From Candidatus Parcubacteria bacterium (GTDB taxonomy: Bacteria; Patescibacteriota; Patescibacteriia; UBA1558; GWA2-36-10), in assembly GCA_018664825.1 (NCBI GenBank), contig JABJNO010000017.1:163011-227010 (forward strand): 64,000 bases of DNA, in the 5' to 3' direction. The first letter of the stretch is position 1; each line of letters starts with the position of its first letter. This document shows positions 19,108-28,197 of the stretch, one piece after another. The position numbers and the translations under genes were made by a program. The notes beneath the pieces were generated by a model. The model was not told where the DNA came from, ran no database searches, and saw only the letters and a list, made by a program, of their open reading frames with translations.

Positions 19108-19695
19108 ATGAGAAATGCACGTAACTTACTATTAATAATAATTTTATCGGTGACCCTAAGTGGCTGTACACTTGGTTCTTCATGGCTTGATAATTTTTTT
19201 GGCCTTGGTCCAAATACGGGCACAGACCTTGTAGCAAGCAACGATGCTATTTTTGATTTGTTCCAAGATACTGATACACAGTATTCTGAGATCTTCAAAG
19301 ATAGTGGTGATGGTGATTTGAATGTTGGTGATACCAATACTTCTGCTGACGGAGAAGTGAGGTATGATTTAGAAGAAGGCCTAACTTTTGATCCTGTATA
19401 TACTGAAATAGGCAAAATGACTCCATCTGAACTCCATGGAAAAGAAGTATTGGAAATTCCTGTTTTGATGTTAGGCGACAATTTCTTCCCTTTCCCTGAC
19501 AAACAATTTGGTGATCAATATGATCCTGAACTGTGTGACCACAAACATCATCATGGAGTAACTGGATATACCTTGGATGGTAAAATCATACCCGAACCAG
19601 ATGATCCTTGTGGTTTTGACAACGCAACAAAAATAATGCGTGTAAGTGGTGACGAAATGATTGAATGGTTTCACAATCGCCCTCGTAACTTCTAA
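19108..19695 (+). CDS. Lipoprotein, function unknown.
   Basis: Signal peptide plus lipobox LSGC. Terminator 19703..19729. Confidence 0.5.
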   Translation: MRNARNLLLIIILSVTLSGCTLGSSWLDNFFGLGPNTGTDLVASNDAIFDLFQDTDTQYSEIFKDSGDGDLNVGDTNTSADGEVRYDLEEGLTFDPVYTEIGKMTPSELHGKEVLEIPVLMLGDNFFPFPDKQFGDQYDPELCDHKHHHGVTGYTLDGKIIPEPDDPCGFDNATKIMRVSGDEMIEWFHNRPRNF

Positions 19696-19759
19696 AAAAC
19701 TTAAAGCAGGTCATTAGGCCTGCTTTTTTGTATTAAAAAAACACCCCATTGGGGTGAAA

Positions 19760-20088
<329 letters not shown>

Positions 20089-20222
20089 TATTTTATCGTC
20101 TCATGCCCTTCGGCTACGCTCAGGACATTCTCCTCGTCTTGGTATATCAAGAATGGTTGGCGCTCCGAACGAAAGTGAGGAGCAAAAACCATGAGCGAGG
20201 AGCTATTTAGCGACGAGTCGAA

Positions 20223-20308
20223 TGGTGGGCCCGGAGGGATTCGAACCCCCGAAGGCGAAAGCCAGCAGGTTTACAGCCTGCCCCGTTTGACCGCTTCGGT
20301 ACAGACCC
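20223..20308 (-). tRNA. tRNA-Tyr (anticodon GUA) with long variable arm.
   Basis: Manual fold. Acceptor GGGUCUG/CGGGCCC (2 G-U pairs), 3-bp D stem, anticodon loop CUGUAAA, long variable arm, T-arm GGGGG-UUCGAAU-CCCUC, CCA. Confidence 0.7.
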
Positions 20309-20424
20309 ACATATAAAAACTATTTGGTCTGACCCTGAGCAACGCCGAAGGGTACAGACCCACATAAAAACTCAACAGCTGACACAAGTCATGAGCCAAC
20401 TGTTTATATATTCTATATTAACTG

Positions 20425-21309
20425 TTATAAATTATCAATGCGCTCTTGAAGTTCAGAAATTTTTTGATTCTCAGGATTTACTTCTCGTAGTTTATCCAAG
20501 TATTGTTTTCCGAGCTCATAATCTGCCATTATTATACTGATATCTATCAGAAAGTCAAGAACCTTGGGGTTGTTCGGGGAAAGTAATAGTGCTCTTTGGG
20601 CAACTTCTAAAGCCTTTTCTTGCTCTTCTAAATCAAGATAAACCTCTGCTAAATTTAAAAAATAAAAATAATTATCATCAGATAAAGAAATTGATTTGAG
20701 ATAATCTTCTTCTGCCTGTTTGAGGTTTCCTCGCTCTTTGGCAATATTTCCCAGAGATGAATATACAGCTGCATCATCATCATGAGTGAGCTTCAAAAGA
20801 TATTGCAAAGTTTCCTTGGCTTGTACGTACTCTTTGCGACAACGATAGACCTCGGCCAAAAGCATATAAGCTTCGGCATTGTGTTGATCAATATTTAAAA
20901 TATCCAGCAAAGTCTCCTCTGCTTTTTCATATTCTTCACTATTTATATATTGCTTAGAGTCAACCAACAACACATCGACAGTTTGTAGCTTGTCCACTGA
21001 AGAAGTCAATTGTTTGTGTCCTCTGCGACGCAGATCTTTTTCGATTGTTTTTAGCTTTTGATAATACTGCCTAAAAACATTATTAAATTTATCCTGAACT
21101 GGCTCAGACAAATCCTTTGCCCTCAACCACAAATCATACCAACTTCTTTGTAGGCGCCCTTTGAGAATGGCATCTTTTTGCTTGCGTACCCTTGTCTCTG
21201 GCAAACTATCCACATTGATGTTGGTCAAATTTGGGACTTTTTGTACCACTTTAAAAACAATGAATACCAAGGCCAAAACTCCAAAAATTATCAATATAAT
21301 ATCAATCAT
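20425..21309 (-). CDS. TPR-repeat protein with N-terminal TM anchor.
   Basis: N-terminal hydrophobic helix followed by repeated TPR-like helical pairs (AEAYMLLAEVY, SSLGNIAKERGNLKQAEEDY, ...). Confidence 0.6.
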   Translation of the reverse strand: MIDIILIIFGVLALVFIVFKVVQKVPNLTNINVDSLPETRVRKQKDAILKGRLQRSWYDLWLRAKDLSEPVQDKFNNVFRQYYQKLKTIEKDLRRRGHKQLTSSVDKLQTVDVLLVDSKQYINSEEYEKAEETLLDILNIDQHNAEAYMLLAEVYRCRKEYVQAKETLQYLLKLTHDDDAAVYSSLGNIAKERGNLKQAEEDYLKSISLSDDNYFYFLNLAEVYLDLEEQEKALEVAQRALLLSPNNPKVLDFLIDISIIMADYELGKQYLDKLREVNPENQKISELQERIDNL

Positions 21310-21311
21310 AT

Positions 21312-22181
21312 TTATGCTTTATTGCTGCTCCCAAAGATACGAATCATCTTTTCTACTTCACGCTGCATAGCATCTGTAGATGGAGCCAAAATCTTTCGCG
21401 GGTCTATAATATCGCTTTTTTTCTTCATGCTGTCAAGTAAAGCTTTTCTAAAAGCTAATCGTAAATTTGTATCTATATTTATGACGCTGACGCCATTTTT
21501 TATAGCTTTTTTAAAAGTCCCAGTAGATAACCCACTTCCCCCGTGCAAAACCAAGGGTAAACTCACTAAACTTCGGATTTTTTTCAATCGAGGGTGATCT
21601 ACTCTTTCTATACCTTTGAAATGCCCATGAATAGTACCCACAGAAATAGCCAAAGTATCAATACCGGTTTTTTTGACAAAGTCCGCAGCCTGATAGGGAT
21701 CAGTCATCATGTCTTTCATATTTATTTCACCTGTCGCCAACTTGACCATACCTTCTTTACCCAAAATACTCCCCAGCTCTGCTTGTACCCAGATTCTTTT
21801 TTTATGAGCTACTTCTACAGTTTTTTTACTAAGACGTACATTTGTGGCATAATCTTTTTCTGAAGCATCCATATGAACAGAACTATAACCAATATCGATA
21901 CAACTTTTGACGATTTTGTAATCATGTCCGTGATCAAGATGGATAGCAATCGGTACAGATTTTCCGATAGTGTTGGCTATATTTGTCATAATATCAAAAA
22001 TAGTCGGCAGGCTTGAATATTTGATAGCACTCTCAGAGGTCTGGATGATAACAGGAGCCCCTTGCTTTACGGCTGCTCTGATAATCGCCATACTAATCTC
22101 TAAATTTGAAGTATTAAAAGCTCCAACGGCATACTTGCCTTTTTGGGCTTTGGTTATGATTTGTTTGATTGGGACTATCAT
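21312..22181 (-). CDS. fba: Class II fructose/tagatose-bisphosphate aldolase.
   Basis: IAIHLDHGHD zinc-binding motif and LVLHGGSG. Confidence 0.8.
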   Translation of the reverse strand: MIVPIKQIITKAQKGKYAVGAFNTSNLEISMAIIRAAVKQGAPVIIQTSESAIKYSSLPTIFDIMTNIANTIGKSVPIAIHLDHGHDYKIVKSCIDIGYSSVHMDASEKDYATNVRLSKKTVEVAHKKRIWVQAELGSILGKEGMVKLATGEINMKDMMTDPYQAADFVKKTGIDTLAISVGTIHGHFKGIERVDHPRLKKIRSLVSLPLVLHGGSGLSTGTFKKAIKNGVSVINIDTNLRLAFRKALLDSMKKKSDIIDPRKILAPSTDAMQREVEKMIRIFGSSNKA

Positions 22182-22182
22182 A

Positions 22183-22932
22183 TTATGAATTTTTAATTAA
22201 TTTTACAAAAGTTTTTGCCTCTAAACTAGCTCCACCAACCAAGGCTCCCTTGAAACCATCTTTTCCTACAAAATCAGTCACCGTATCAGGACCCACGCTA
22301 CCACCATATATAATATCAAAGTTTTTGAGCTTGGCAGGTACTGCCTCGCGAATAGTATAAAGCTCTTTTTTGGCTTCAGCTGGAGTGATGATTTGGCCAC
22401 TACCACTAGTACTGATAGCCCAGACAGGCTCATAGGCAACTATAAAATATTTGTTTGGCACATCTTCCAGGGCTTTTTGAATTTGATGGATAAGTACATC
22501 ACTAGTTTTACCACCTTGTCGCTCGGCCATTTTTTCTCCAATACAAATAATCGGTATTATATTATTTTCTATCAATGCTTTTACTTTTTTGTTGACGCTA
22601 TCATCGGTCTCTCCCATAGCCCGTCTTTCTGAATGACCAACTATCGTATACTTACAACCAATCTTTTTTAGATTGTCCGGAGATATTTCTCCAGTAAAAG
22701 CTCCCGCGTCTTCATAAAATACATCTTGGGCACCAAAATCTATTTGACTACCAGATAATACTTTTGAAATATCATACAAAGCCAAAAAACTTGGACACAG
22801 AATGACTTTTTTATTTGCGTCTAACTTTGCCTTATCCAAAAGCATATGAATCTCCTTGGCTATGTCGATAGACTGTCCAGGGTCTAGATTCATTTTCCAG
22901 TTAGCAATTATTATTTTATCAAAATTATTCAT
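22183..22932 (-). CDS. tpiA: Triose-phosphate isomerase.
   Basis: IIANWKMN, VGHSERR, AYEPVWAI. Confidence 0.9.
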   Translation of the reverse strand: MNNFDKIIIANWKMNLDPGQSIDIAKEIHMLLDKAKLDANKKVILCPSFLALYDISKVLSGSQIDFGAQDVFYEDAGAFTGEISPDNLKKIGCKYTIVGHSERRAMGETDDSVNKKVKALIENNIIPIICIGEKMAERQGGKTSDVLIHQIQKALEDVPNKYFIVAYEPVWAISTSGSGQIITPAEAKKELYTIREAVPAKLKNFDIIYGGSVGPDTVTDFVGKDGFKGALVGGASLEAKTFVKLIKNS

Positions 22933-23420
22933 AATACTGATTTAAAAAATCCAAAAATTCCTAAAGATATCAATGTGACCAGTACTCCAGCCAACATCGC
23001 TCCCAAAATAATATATATCAACGAATCTTTTTTCTTGATCCCAAACAACCAAGCTGCAACCGAACCAGTCCAAACTCCTGTAAATGGCAATGGTATAGCT
23101 ACAAAAAACAATAACGCCAAGTTACCCCAAACTTTGTACTTAGCATCAAACCTTGATCTTGTATGAGCAAACAGCCAAACAAAAAATTTGTCAGCTATCC
23201 TCCATTTGCGCAAAAATCTGGATATCGGACCAATAAAATAAATAATCAAGACTCCAGGAATAATATCTCCCACTACTGACAATACATAAGCCTGCCAGAT
23301 AGGTAAATCAAAAGTCTCCAAAGCCACTGGTATAGAAACCCTCAGCTCAGTGATCGGCAACATAGCTAACAAAAAAGTAGCCAATTGCGGAGATAAATTA
23401 TTTATCCATTCAATGTCCAT
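22929..23420 (-). CDS. Small polytopic membrane protein (small multidrug export-like, COG2426-like).
   Basis: Four predicted TM helices, and an ITELRVSIP motif resembling that family. Confidence 0.45.
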   Translation of the reverse strand: MDIEWINNLSPQLATFLLAMLPITELRVSIPVALETFDLPIWQAYVLSVVGDIIPGVLIIYFIGPISRFLRKWRIADKFFVWLFAHTRSRFDAKYKVWGNLALLFFVAIPLPFTGVWTGSVAAWLFGIKKKDSLIYIILGAMLAGVLVTLISLGIFGFFKSVL

Positions 23421-23447
23421 TTATATTATTATAAAACAAATAGTACT

Positions 23448-24374
23448 TTAAGACCAGTCAAAATTTTCTAGTATCCAACCTGTCAAAATTTTGAGATCCT
23501 GAAAACGATCTGGATTTGTTTCTGAACCCAAAACCACTGTAATAACATTTGCTTGTTCGCCCTTTACTTCGGCAACTATACAATAGCCCGAAGCATTTAT
23601 AAATCCTGTTTTACCTGCTTCGATATCTAGATAACTACTAAGTAATTGATTGGTAGAAAAAATCCGATGACTTTCTCCACTCAAAGATGTAAAATTGTAT
23701 TCGGCCAGACCTGCCACTGCATTGATATCCTCGTGTTCAAAGGCGTATTTGGCAAGTTGCAATATCTCTATAGCAGTTGACTTGTTGTCATCACTCAGGC
23801 CAGTTGGTCCAACAAAATGTGTATTTTCAAGTCCCAAACTTTTGGCTTTTTTATTCATCTCTTTTACAAATTCATCTCGTGTCAGCCCTGTACTACGTAC
23901 CAAAGCCAAGGTTGCATTGTTGTCAGAGGCAATCAAAGAGGTATGAAACAAATCTTTGACCCTGACCGTTTCACCGCGCTTGATATCTGGTGTACCGCCA
24001 TTTGCTTCGTCTCTCGGTTCCAAAACAATAGAATCATTCCAGTCTGGTTTATTTTCCAAAAATATTATAGCCGTCATCAATTTTGTGATACTAGCTATAG
24101 AGCGTATTTGGTCAGCATTTTTCTTCCACAAAACAATGCCAGAATCTTTATCAATCACAGCAGCTGATTGGGCAGTAATCTTTACTCCCAATGAACCATT
24201 GTCTAGTTTGTGTGGTAAGGCAGTCCTGTTTTGATTTGATACCTGATGATCATTCAAAATCGCTTGTTTATTTTGACCATCCTCAACAAAATCAATTGTT
24301 GGCAAATGATAAACAGGGCTTGAAGTCAAGCCAAGTGCTATTACAACTGTAGAAATTATACTCCACAAACTCAT
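23448..24374 (-). CDS. dacA: Serine-type D-Ala-D-Ala carboxypeptidase (PBP5/DacA-like).
   Basis: SITKLMT (SxxK), SDN, and KTG motifs. Signal peptide. Confidence 0.8.
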   Translation of the reverse strand: MSLWSIISTVVIALGLTSSPVYHLPTIDFVEDGQNKQAILNDHQVSNQNRTALPHKLDNGSLGVKITAQSAAVIDKDSGIVLWKKNADQIRSIASITKLMTAIIFLENKPDWNDSIVLEPRDEANGGTPDIKRGETVRVKDLFHTSLIASDNNATLALVRSTGLTRDEFVKEMNKKAKSLGLENTHFVGPTGLSDDNKSTAIEILQLAKYAFEHEDINAVAGLAEYNFTSLSGESHRIFSTNQLLSSYLDIEAGKTGFINASGYCIVAEVKGEQANVITVVLGSETNPDRFQDLKILTGWILENFDWS

Positions 24375-25063
24375 ATAATGTCTTTTTTATCCAATTTTTT
24401 ATATTTACCAACTGGTAGATCACCCAAAACCAGTTTTCCTTCTTTTATTCTCTGCAATTCCATCACACCATAACCAAATTCTCCAAGCATCCTTCTAATC
24501 TGCCTATTCCAACCCTGGTGAACCACAATTTCCATCTTTCTTTTCTCTTTTATGACCACATGATCTGCCTTGGCTATACCTTCTGTCAGTTGGACTCCTT
24601 TTTTTAATTGAGCCACATCTTTTTTGTCTATATCTTTGTTGATGGTTACCAAATATGTTTTTTTGACTTCAAACTTTGGATGAGTGACCTTATAAGTCAA
24701 ATCACCATCATTACTAAGCAACAATAATCCACTTGAGTCTTTGTCTAACCTGCCCACTGGAAACACTCTAGGATGTCGGGGTACAAACTTCAAAACTGTT
24801 TCTTTGTAGTGTGGATCACTGACCGAACTCAAGGTGCCTACTGGCTTGTGTAATAAATAATAAACTTTATGTTCAATGGTTATTTTTTTACCATTTACAA
24901 AAATATCATCTGCATCAGGTGACACTTTGGTGGCCAAGTTTTTTACAACTTCAGTCCCAATTTTTACTTTTCCAGCCGAGATTATATCTTCTGCCTTACG
25001 ACGAGAAGCTACACCTGCTTCAGCCAAAAATTTGGCTATTCTTATTTTATTATTTACTTCCAT
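24371..25063 (-). CDS. Pseudouridine synthase, RsuA/RluB family (S4 domain plus catalytic domain).
   Basis: S4-like N-terminus (ASRRKAEDIISAGKV) and catalytic VGRLDKDSSGLLLLSNDGDL. Confidence 0.8.
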   Translation of the reverse strand: MEVNNKIRIAKFLAEAGVASRRKAEDIISAGKVKIGTEVVKNLATKVSPDADDIFVNGKKITIEHKVYYLLHKPVGTLSSVSDPHYKETVLKFVPRHPRVFPVGRLDKDSSGLLLLSNDGDLTYKVTHPKFEVKKTYLVTINKDIDKKDVAQLKKGVQLTEGIAKADHVVIKEKRKMEIVVHQGWNRQIRRMLGEFGYGVMELQRIKEGKLVLGDLPVGKYKKLDKKDII

Positions 25064-25598
25064 CCAATATTTCTTTTGCTTTTTTCAAAAAAGTTAAATC
25101 TCTTTCCCTCATAAAATGACCATTATAAGTAGTGGCTTTTACATTTTCGGCTTTGACAATTGCTTCATCAAAGTTTATCCACTCCAAACTATAGCCATAG
25201 CTCTTCTCCGTATCATCGTATTGAGGTTCACCCTTTTCTCCAACAAGTTTTGCCAAATAACAATCAGACTCCAGTTGTTTTTTCGTTTGCTCCGGAAGCT
25301 CTACTATTTTACCAAGCTCAGCTATCACTTCTGCCTGACAACCCGCCTCTTCCAATACTTCTCTGTTTAGAGCTTCTTCTAGACTTTCTCCTGATTCTAT
25401 TCCGCCACCTGGTATTTTGTAATGATTATTGTGTTTATCAAAAATAAGTGGCGTCTGATCATTTTCATCCAAAATAACAGCTCTAACTGTTTGTGTTTTG
25501 GTATTAAATTTTACTTCTTCGCCTGCCTTATAATTTGGTACTACATCTTTGTCTCTTATAGTTTTCAATAATTCCATTTTATTTTTCTTCTTTCTCAA
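25050..25598 (-). CDS. Nudix hydrolase.
   Basis: Nudix box GGGIESGESLEEALNREVLEEAG. Confidence 0.7.
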   Translation of the reverse strand: MRKKKNKMELLKTIRDKDVVPNYKAGEEVKFNTKTQTVRAVILDENDQTPLIFDKHNNHYKIPGGGIESGESLEEALNREVLEEAGCQAEVIAELGKIVELPEQTKKQLESDCYLAKLVGEKGEPQYDDTEKSYGYSLEWINFDEAIVKAENVKATTYNGHFMRERDLTFLKKAKEILDGSK

Positions 25599-26172
25599 GC
25601 CGCTTCTCTTCTTGAGCTTCAGCTGTGTTATCCAAAAGTTTATTTAAATTGTCATCACTATTTAATTTTTCAAAATCTGGCAACTCTGTCACAGAATCTA
25701 TTCCCAGATGACGTAAAAAATCCATAGTAATAGAATAAGTAGTAGCTAGACTATCTTTGTCATCACGAGTTTCTACAAAACCACGAATCAACAAATTTCT
25801 CAAAATCAAACTACAATTGACACCACGAATCTGCTCAAGCTCTTCTTTGGATATTGGTTGACGATAAGCTATGATAGTCAAGGTTTCCAAAGATGGCTTA
25901 GTAAGCTCGCTAGTCAACTCTTCTTTGTAGTATTCTTGCAAAATTTTGGCATTGTCGGGATTGCTAATCAATCGAATCTTATTGTTGTTTATAGCTATAT
26001 GAACACCACTTTCTAAAGTGTTTAATTTTTCTTGGAGCTCAGCTACCAAAGATTTTATTTTGTCTTCATCAACAGACAAAAAACTAGCCAATTCTTTGGT
26101 GGTCAACGGTTTACCCGCTACCAACAACAAGCTCTCTAAAGCTGAAGATTTATTACTCATACTATTCACCAT
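25579..26172 (-). CDS. scpB: Segregation and condensation protein B.
   Basis: LESLLLVAGKPLTTKELASFL winged-helix N-terminus. Adjacent to scpA. Confidence 0.8.
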   Translation of the reverse strand: MVNSMSNKSSALESLLLVAGKPLTTKELASFLSVDEDKIKSLVAELQEKLNTLESGVHIAINNNKIRLISNPDNAKILQEYYKEELTSELTKPSLETLTIIAYRQPISKEELEQIRGVNCSLILRNLLIRGFVETRDDKDSLATTYSITMDFLRHLGIDSVTELPDFEKLNSDDNLNKLLDNTAEAQEEKRLEKEEK

Positions 26173-26866
26173 TTTTATTAATATTTAGATCACCAAACAT
26201 ATCGTCCTGATGGACCATGATTTCTTTTTGTTTGACTAGCTCCAACATTGCCAAAAAACTGACAATCACTTCCATTTTATTATTTTTAGCTCTCAACAAT
26301 TCGTTGAAACTAAATTTATTTTTATTACGAATCAAATCTTTTATGTTTTTTATTCTCTCTCCAATAGACACTGCTCGAGCGATCACAGCTTTTGGCAAAT
26401 TAACCACTCTTTGAATACGAGCCAAAACTCCACCAAACATTTCTTGTAAAAGTCCTGTGTCTACATTTTTGGGCTCAATAAATCCTTTTTGCAAAATATT
26501 TTTGTAGCTCGCCACCGGGCTATGAGATCTTTTCTTTTTATCAGAAAATATTTTTTGGATATGTTTACTAGCCTCATAATACTGACGATAGATTTTGAGC
26601 TGATGTTCTAGATCTACCACTTCTTCATCATCAGTAGCTAGCTCTGGCAAAAGAAACTTTGATTTGATATAAATCAATTTTGAAGCGATTAATAAAAAAT
26701 CAGCCACCTCTTCGGAAGCTAAATTTTCATTGTTCTCAATATAGTCCAAGTATTGATCAGTAATTTTGGCCAGAGAAATTTCTGTAATCTGTAGTTTGTT
26801 TTTCTCTATCAACTGCAAAAGGAGATCAAGCGGACCTTCAAATTGTTCTACCTGAATTTTGTGCAT
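26162..26866 (-). CDS. scpA: Segregation and condensation protein A.
   Basis: FEGPLDLLLQLIEKNKL motif. Overlaps the scpB start. Confidence 0.8.
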   Translation of the reverse strand: MHKIQVEQFEGPLDLLLQLIEKNKLQITEISLAKITDQYLDYIENNENLASEEVADFLLIASKLIYIKSKFLLPELATDDEEVVDLEHQLKIYRQYYEASKHIQKIFSDKKKRSHSPVASYKNILQKGFIEPKNVDTGLLQEMFGGVLARIQRVVNLPKAVIARAVSIGERIKNIKDLIRNKNKFSFNELLRAKNNKMEVIVSFLAMLELVKQKEIMVHQDDMFGDLNINKNGE

Positions 26867-26934
26867 TATTTATAAAAAAATAACACCTATATTATAGCAT
26901 TTTTATAGTATTATTTCCAGATTTTTGGGAATAA

Positions 26935-27095
26935 AAAAAAGGGGACCGCCGTAGCTGGGTGCTGGCGGTCCCCGTTGGACTGTCGCTTGATAGCGGAGGG
27001 CGTTGGCAGGAGGCTACCAGCGACAGTGGATGTTTGCTATTAGATAACTTATCTAATTATGCTTTATTATATGGTACGTTTCTCAATTGATTTAG
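26935..27095 (-). ncRNA. Candidate small RNA (~155 nt): promoter TTGACA-17-TATACT (27097..27125) to terminator GGGGACCGCC..GGCGGTCCCC plus U8 (26935..26973). Contains a long bulged hairpin whose 18-nt loop carries two CCUCC motifs.
   Basis: Seen directly. Consensus promoter, no ORF of 30 aa or more, stable stem ACUGUCGCU/AGCGACAGU plus GGUAGC/GCUAUC, loop CUCCUGCCAACGCCCUCC, intrinsic terminator. Confidence 0.35.
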
Positions 27096-27149
27096 CAGTA
27101 TACACTATATTTGATATTTTGTCAACCCCCTATACGAAAACAATAAAAA

Positions 27150-27515
27150 ATGGGCCCAAGCGATTACCTGGGCCCTGCAAGTCCCTCCCACCGGGATGAC
27201 TTACTGACTAAAACAAAAACGTTGGTCAGCTGAGCTGAAAACATCTATTGCTTTCATACCTCGTGGCGTGATCCTACTAAAATGGTTCGGATCAACAGAT
27301 CTCTTAATTTTTTTACCCTTCAAGGTCATTTTATGCATCTAGCATATTGACAGGCACTTCAAAGAGAGCTGAGTTTAGTATTTCACCCTAAACCAAGGAT
27401 AGTTGTTGTTTGATGCGTTGAAAACACCAACAGTTTTGCCATGCCGACACTTGCATGCTTCTGGGCGTAAAAACGCACCGCCTTCTGCACACAAGCTTCC
27501 TGTTTCAGCACTGGC
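27150..27515 (-). ncRNA. Candidate ncRNA unit A (~360 nt): weak promoter (TTTACA..TATATA near 27525-27550), conserved 5' domain 27367..27491, variable 3' part, terminator GGGCCCAGG..CTTGGGCCC plus U6 (27150..27182).
   Basis: The ~125-nt segment is ~80% identical to 27775..27900. No conserved reading frame between the copies. Confidence 0.3.
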
Positions 27516-27554
27516 TTTATATAACAATTTTATTATTTTGTAAAGTAAAAAAAG

Positions 27555-27928
27555 GAGGCCTAAACAATAAATGCTTAGGCCCCAGTGCCTTAGACTAAGC
27601 AGTAATAAGTCCAAAGCTTACTAGAAAAAGAACGATCAGCGGGGTGATAGTTAAAAAACTATCTTCTCATAATAATCTATCTCTATTAAAGAGATAGTAC
27701 AGCTATAAAGTTAATTTCTGGTCTATTATACTTTTGTATAATTAGACAAACAAACGGCGGAAACTAACTAATTAGCTGAGTCCAGTATTTCACCCTGAAC
27801 CAAGGATAGTCGTTGTTTGGTGCGTTGTAAACACCGACGCTAGTAGATGATTGCTGAAATTGCTTGCTTCTGGGCGTAAAAACGCACCGCCTTCTGCACA
27901 GCAACTGTTCTTCATTATTCTAGCGTCA
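27555..27928 (-). ncRNA. Candidate ncRNA unit B (~370 nt): consensus promoter TTGACA-16-TGcTATAAT (27933..27960), conserved 5' domain 27775..27900, variable 3' part with an 8-bp perfect hairpin, terminator GGCCTAAGC..GCTTAGGCC plus U7 (27555..27590).
   Basis: Paralogous to unit A. Between the copies, substitutions and a non-3n indel break any reading frame. Confidence 0.3.
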
Positions 27929-27994
27929 GTATTATAGCATAGTTATGCTATTTTGTCAATATATATACTCTCCCCTATTTTAGCAATAAATAAA

Positions 27995-28030
27995 AAAGGG
28001 GCCCAGTAATACAACCGGGCCCCAGGACAT
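27995..28030 (-). terminator. Terminator GGGGCCCGGTTGTATTACTGGGCCCC plus U6.
   Basis: Perfect GC hairpin plus U-run on the minus strand. A second terminator lies at 28168..28197, directly after the aspS stop. Confidence 0.6.
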
Positions 28031-28197
28031 CATTAGAGTCGGTTGGGGGTACAACTTAATTGCACGATTGTGGTGTGCAACCCTCTAATGATTATCCAAA
28101 CTAAAAGAACTTAACGTCTATAATACATATATTTTGGATATCTGTCAATAGCTAAAGCGGGTAAAATAAAAAGCCCCGGACTAGCCGAGGCTTTTCT

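Noticed and set aside
20100-20222. Possible second tRNA between the GIY-YIG gene and tRNA-Tyr (the GGTTCGGAGCGCCA-like segment).
   Set aside because: A cloverleaf with proper acceptor, anticodon and T arms could not be built. It is only a hairpin.
20181-20330. Plus-strand ORF (MSEELFSDESNGGPGG...) with a GAGGAG RBS.
   Set aside because: It runs antisense straight through tRNA-Tyr. It is almost certainly spurious.
27375-27614. 79-aa minus-strand ORF across ncRNA unit A.
   Set aside because: The paralogous copy (unit B) has frame-breaking indels and mostly non-synonymous differences, so the conserved element is probably RNA, not protein.
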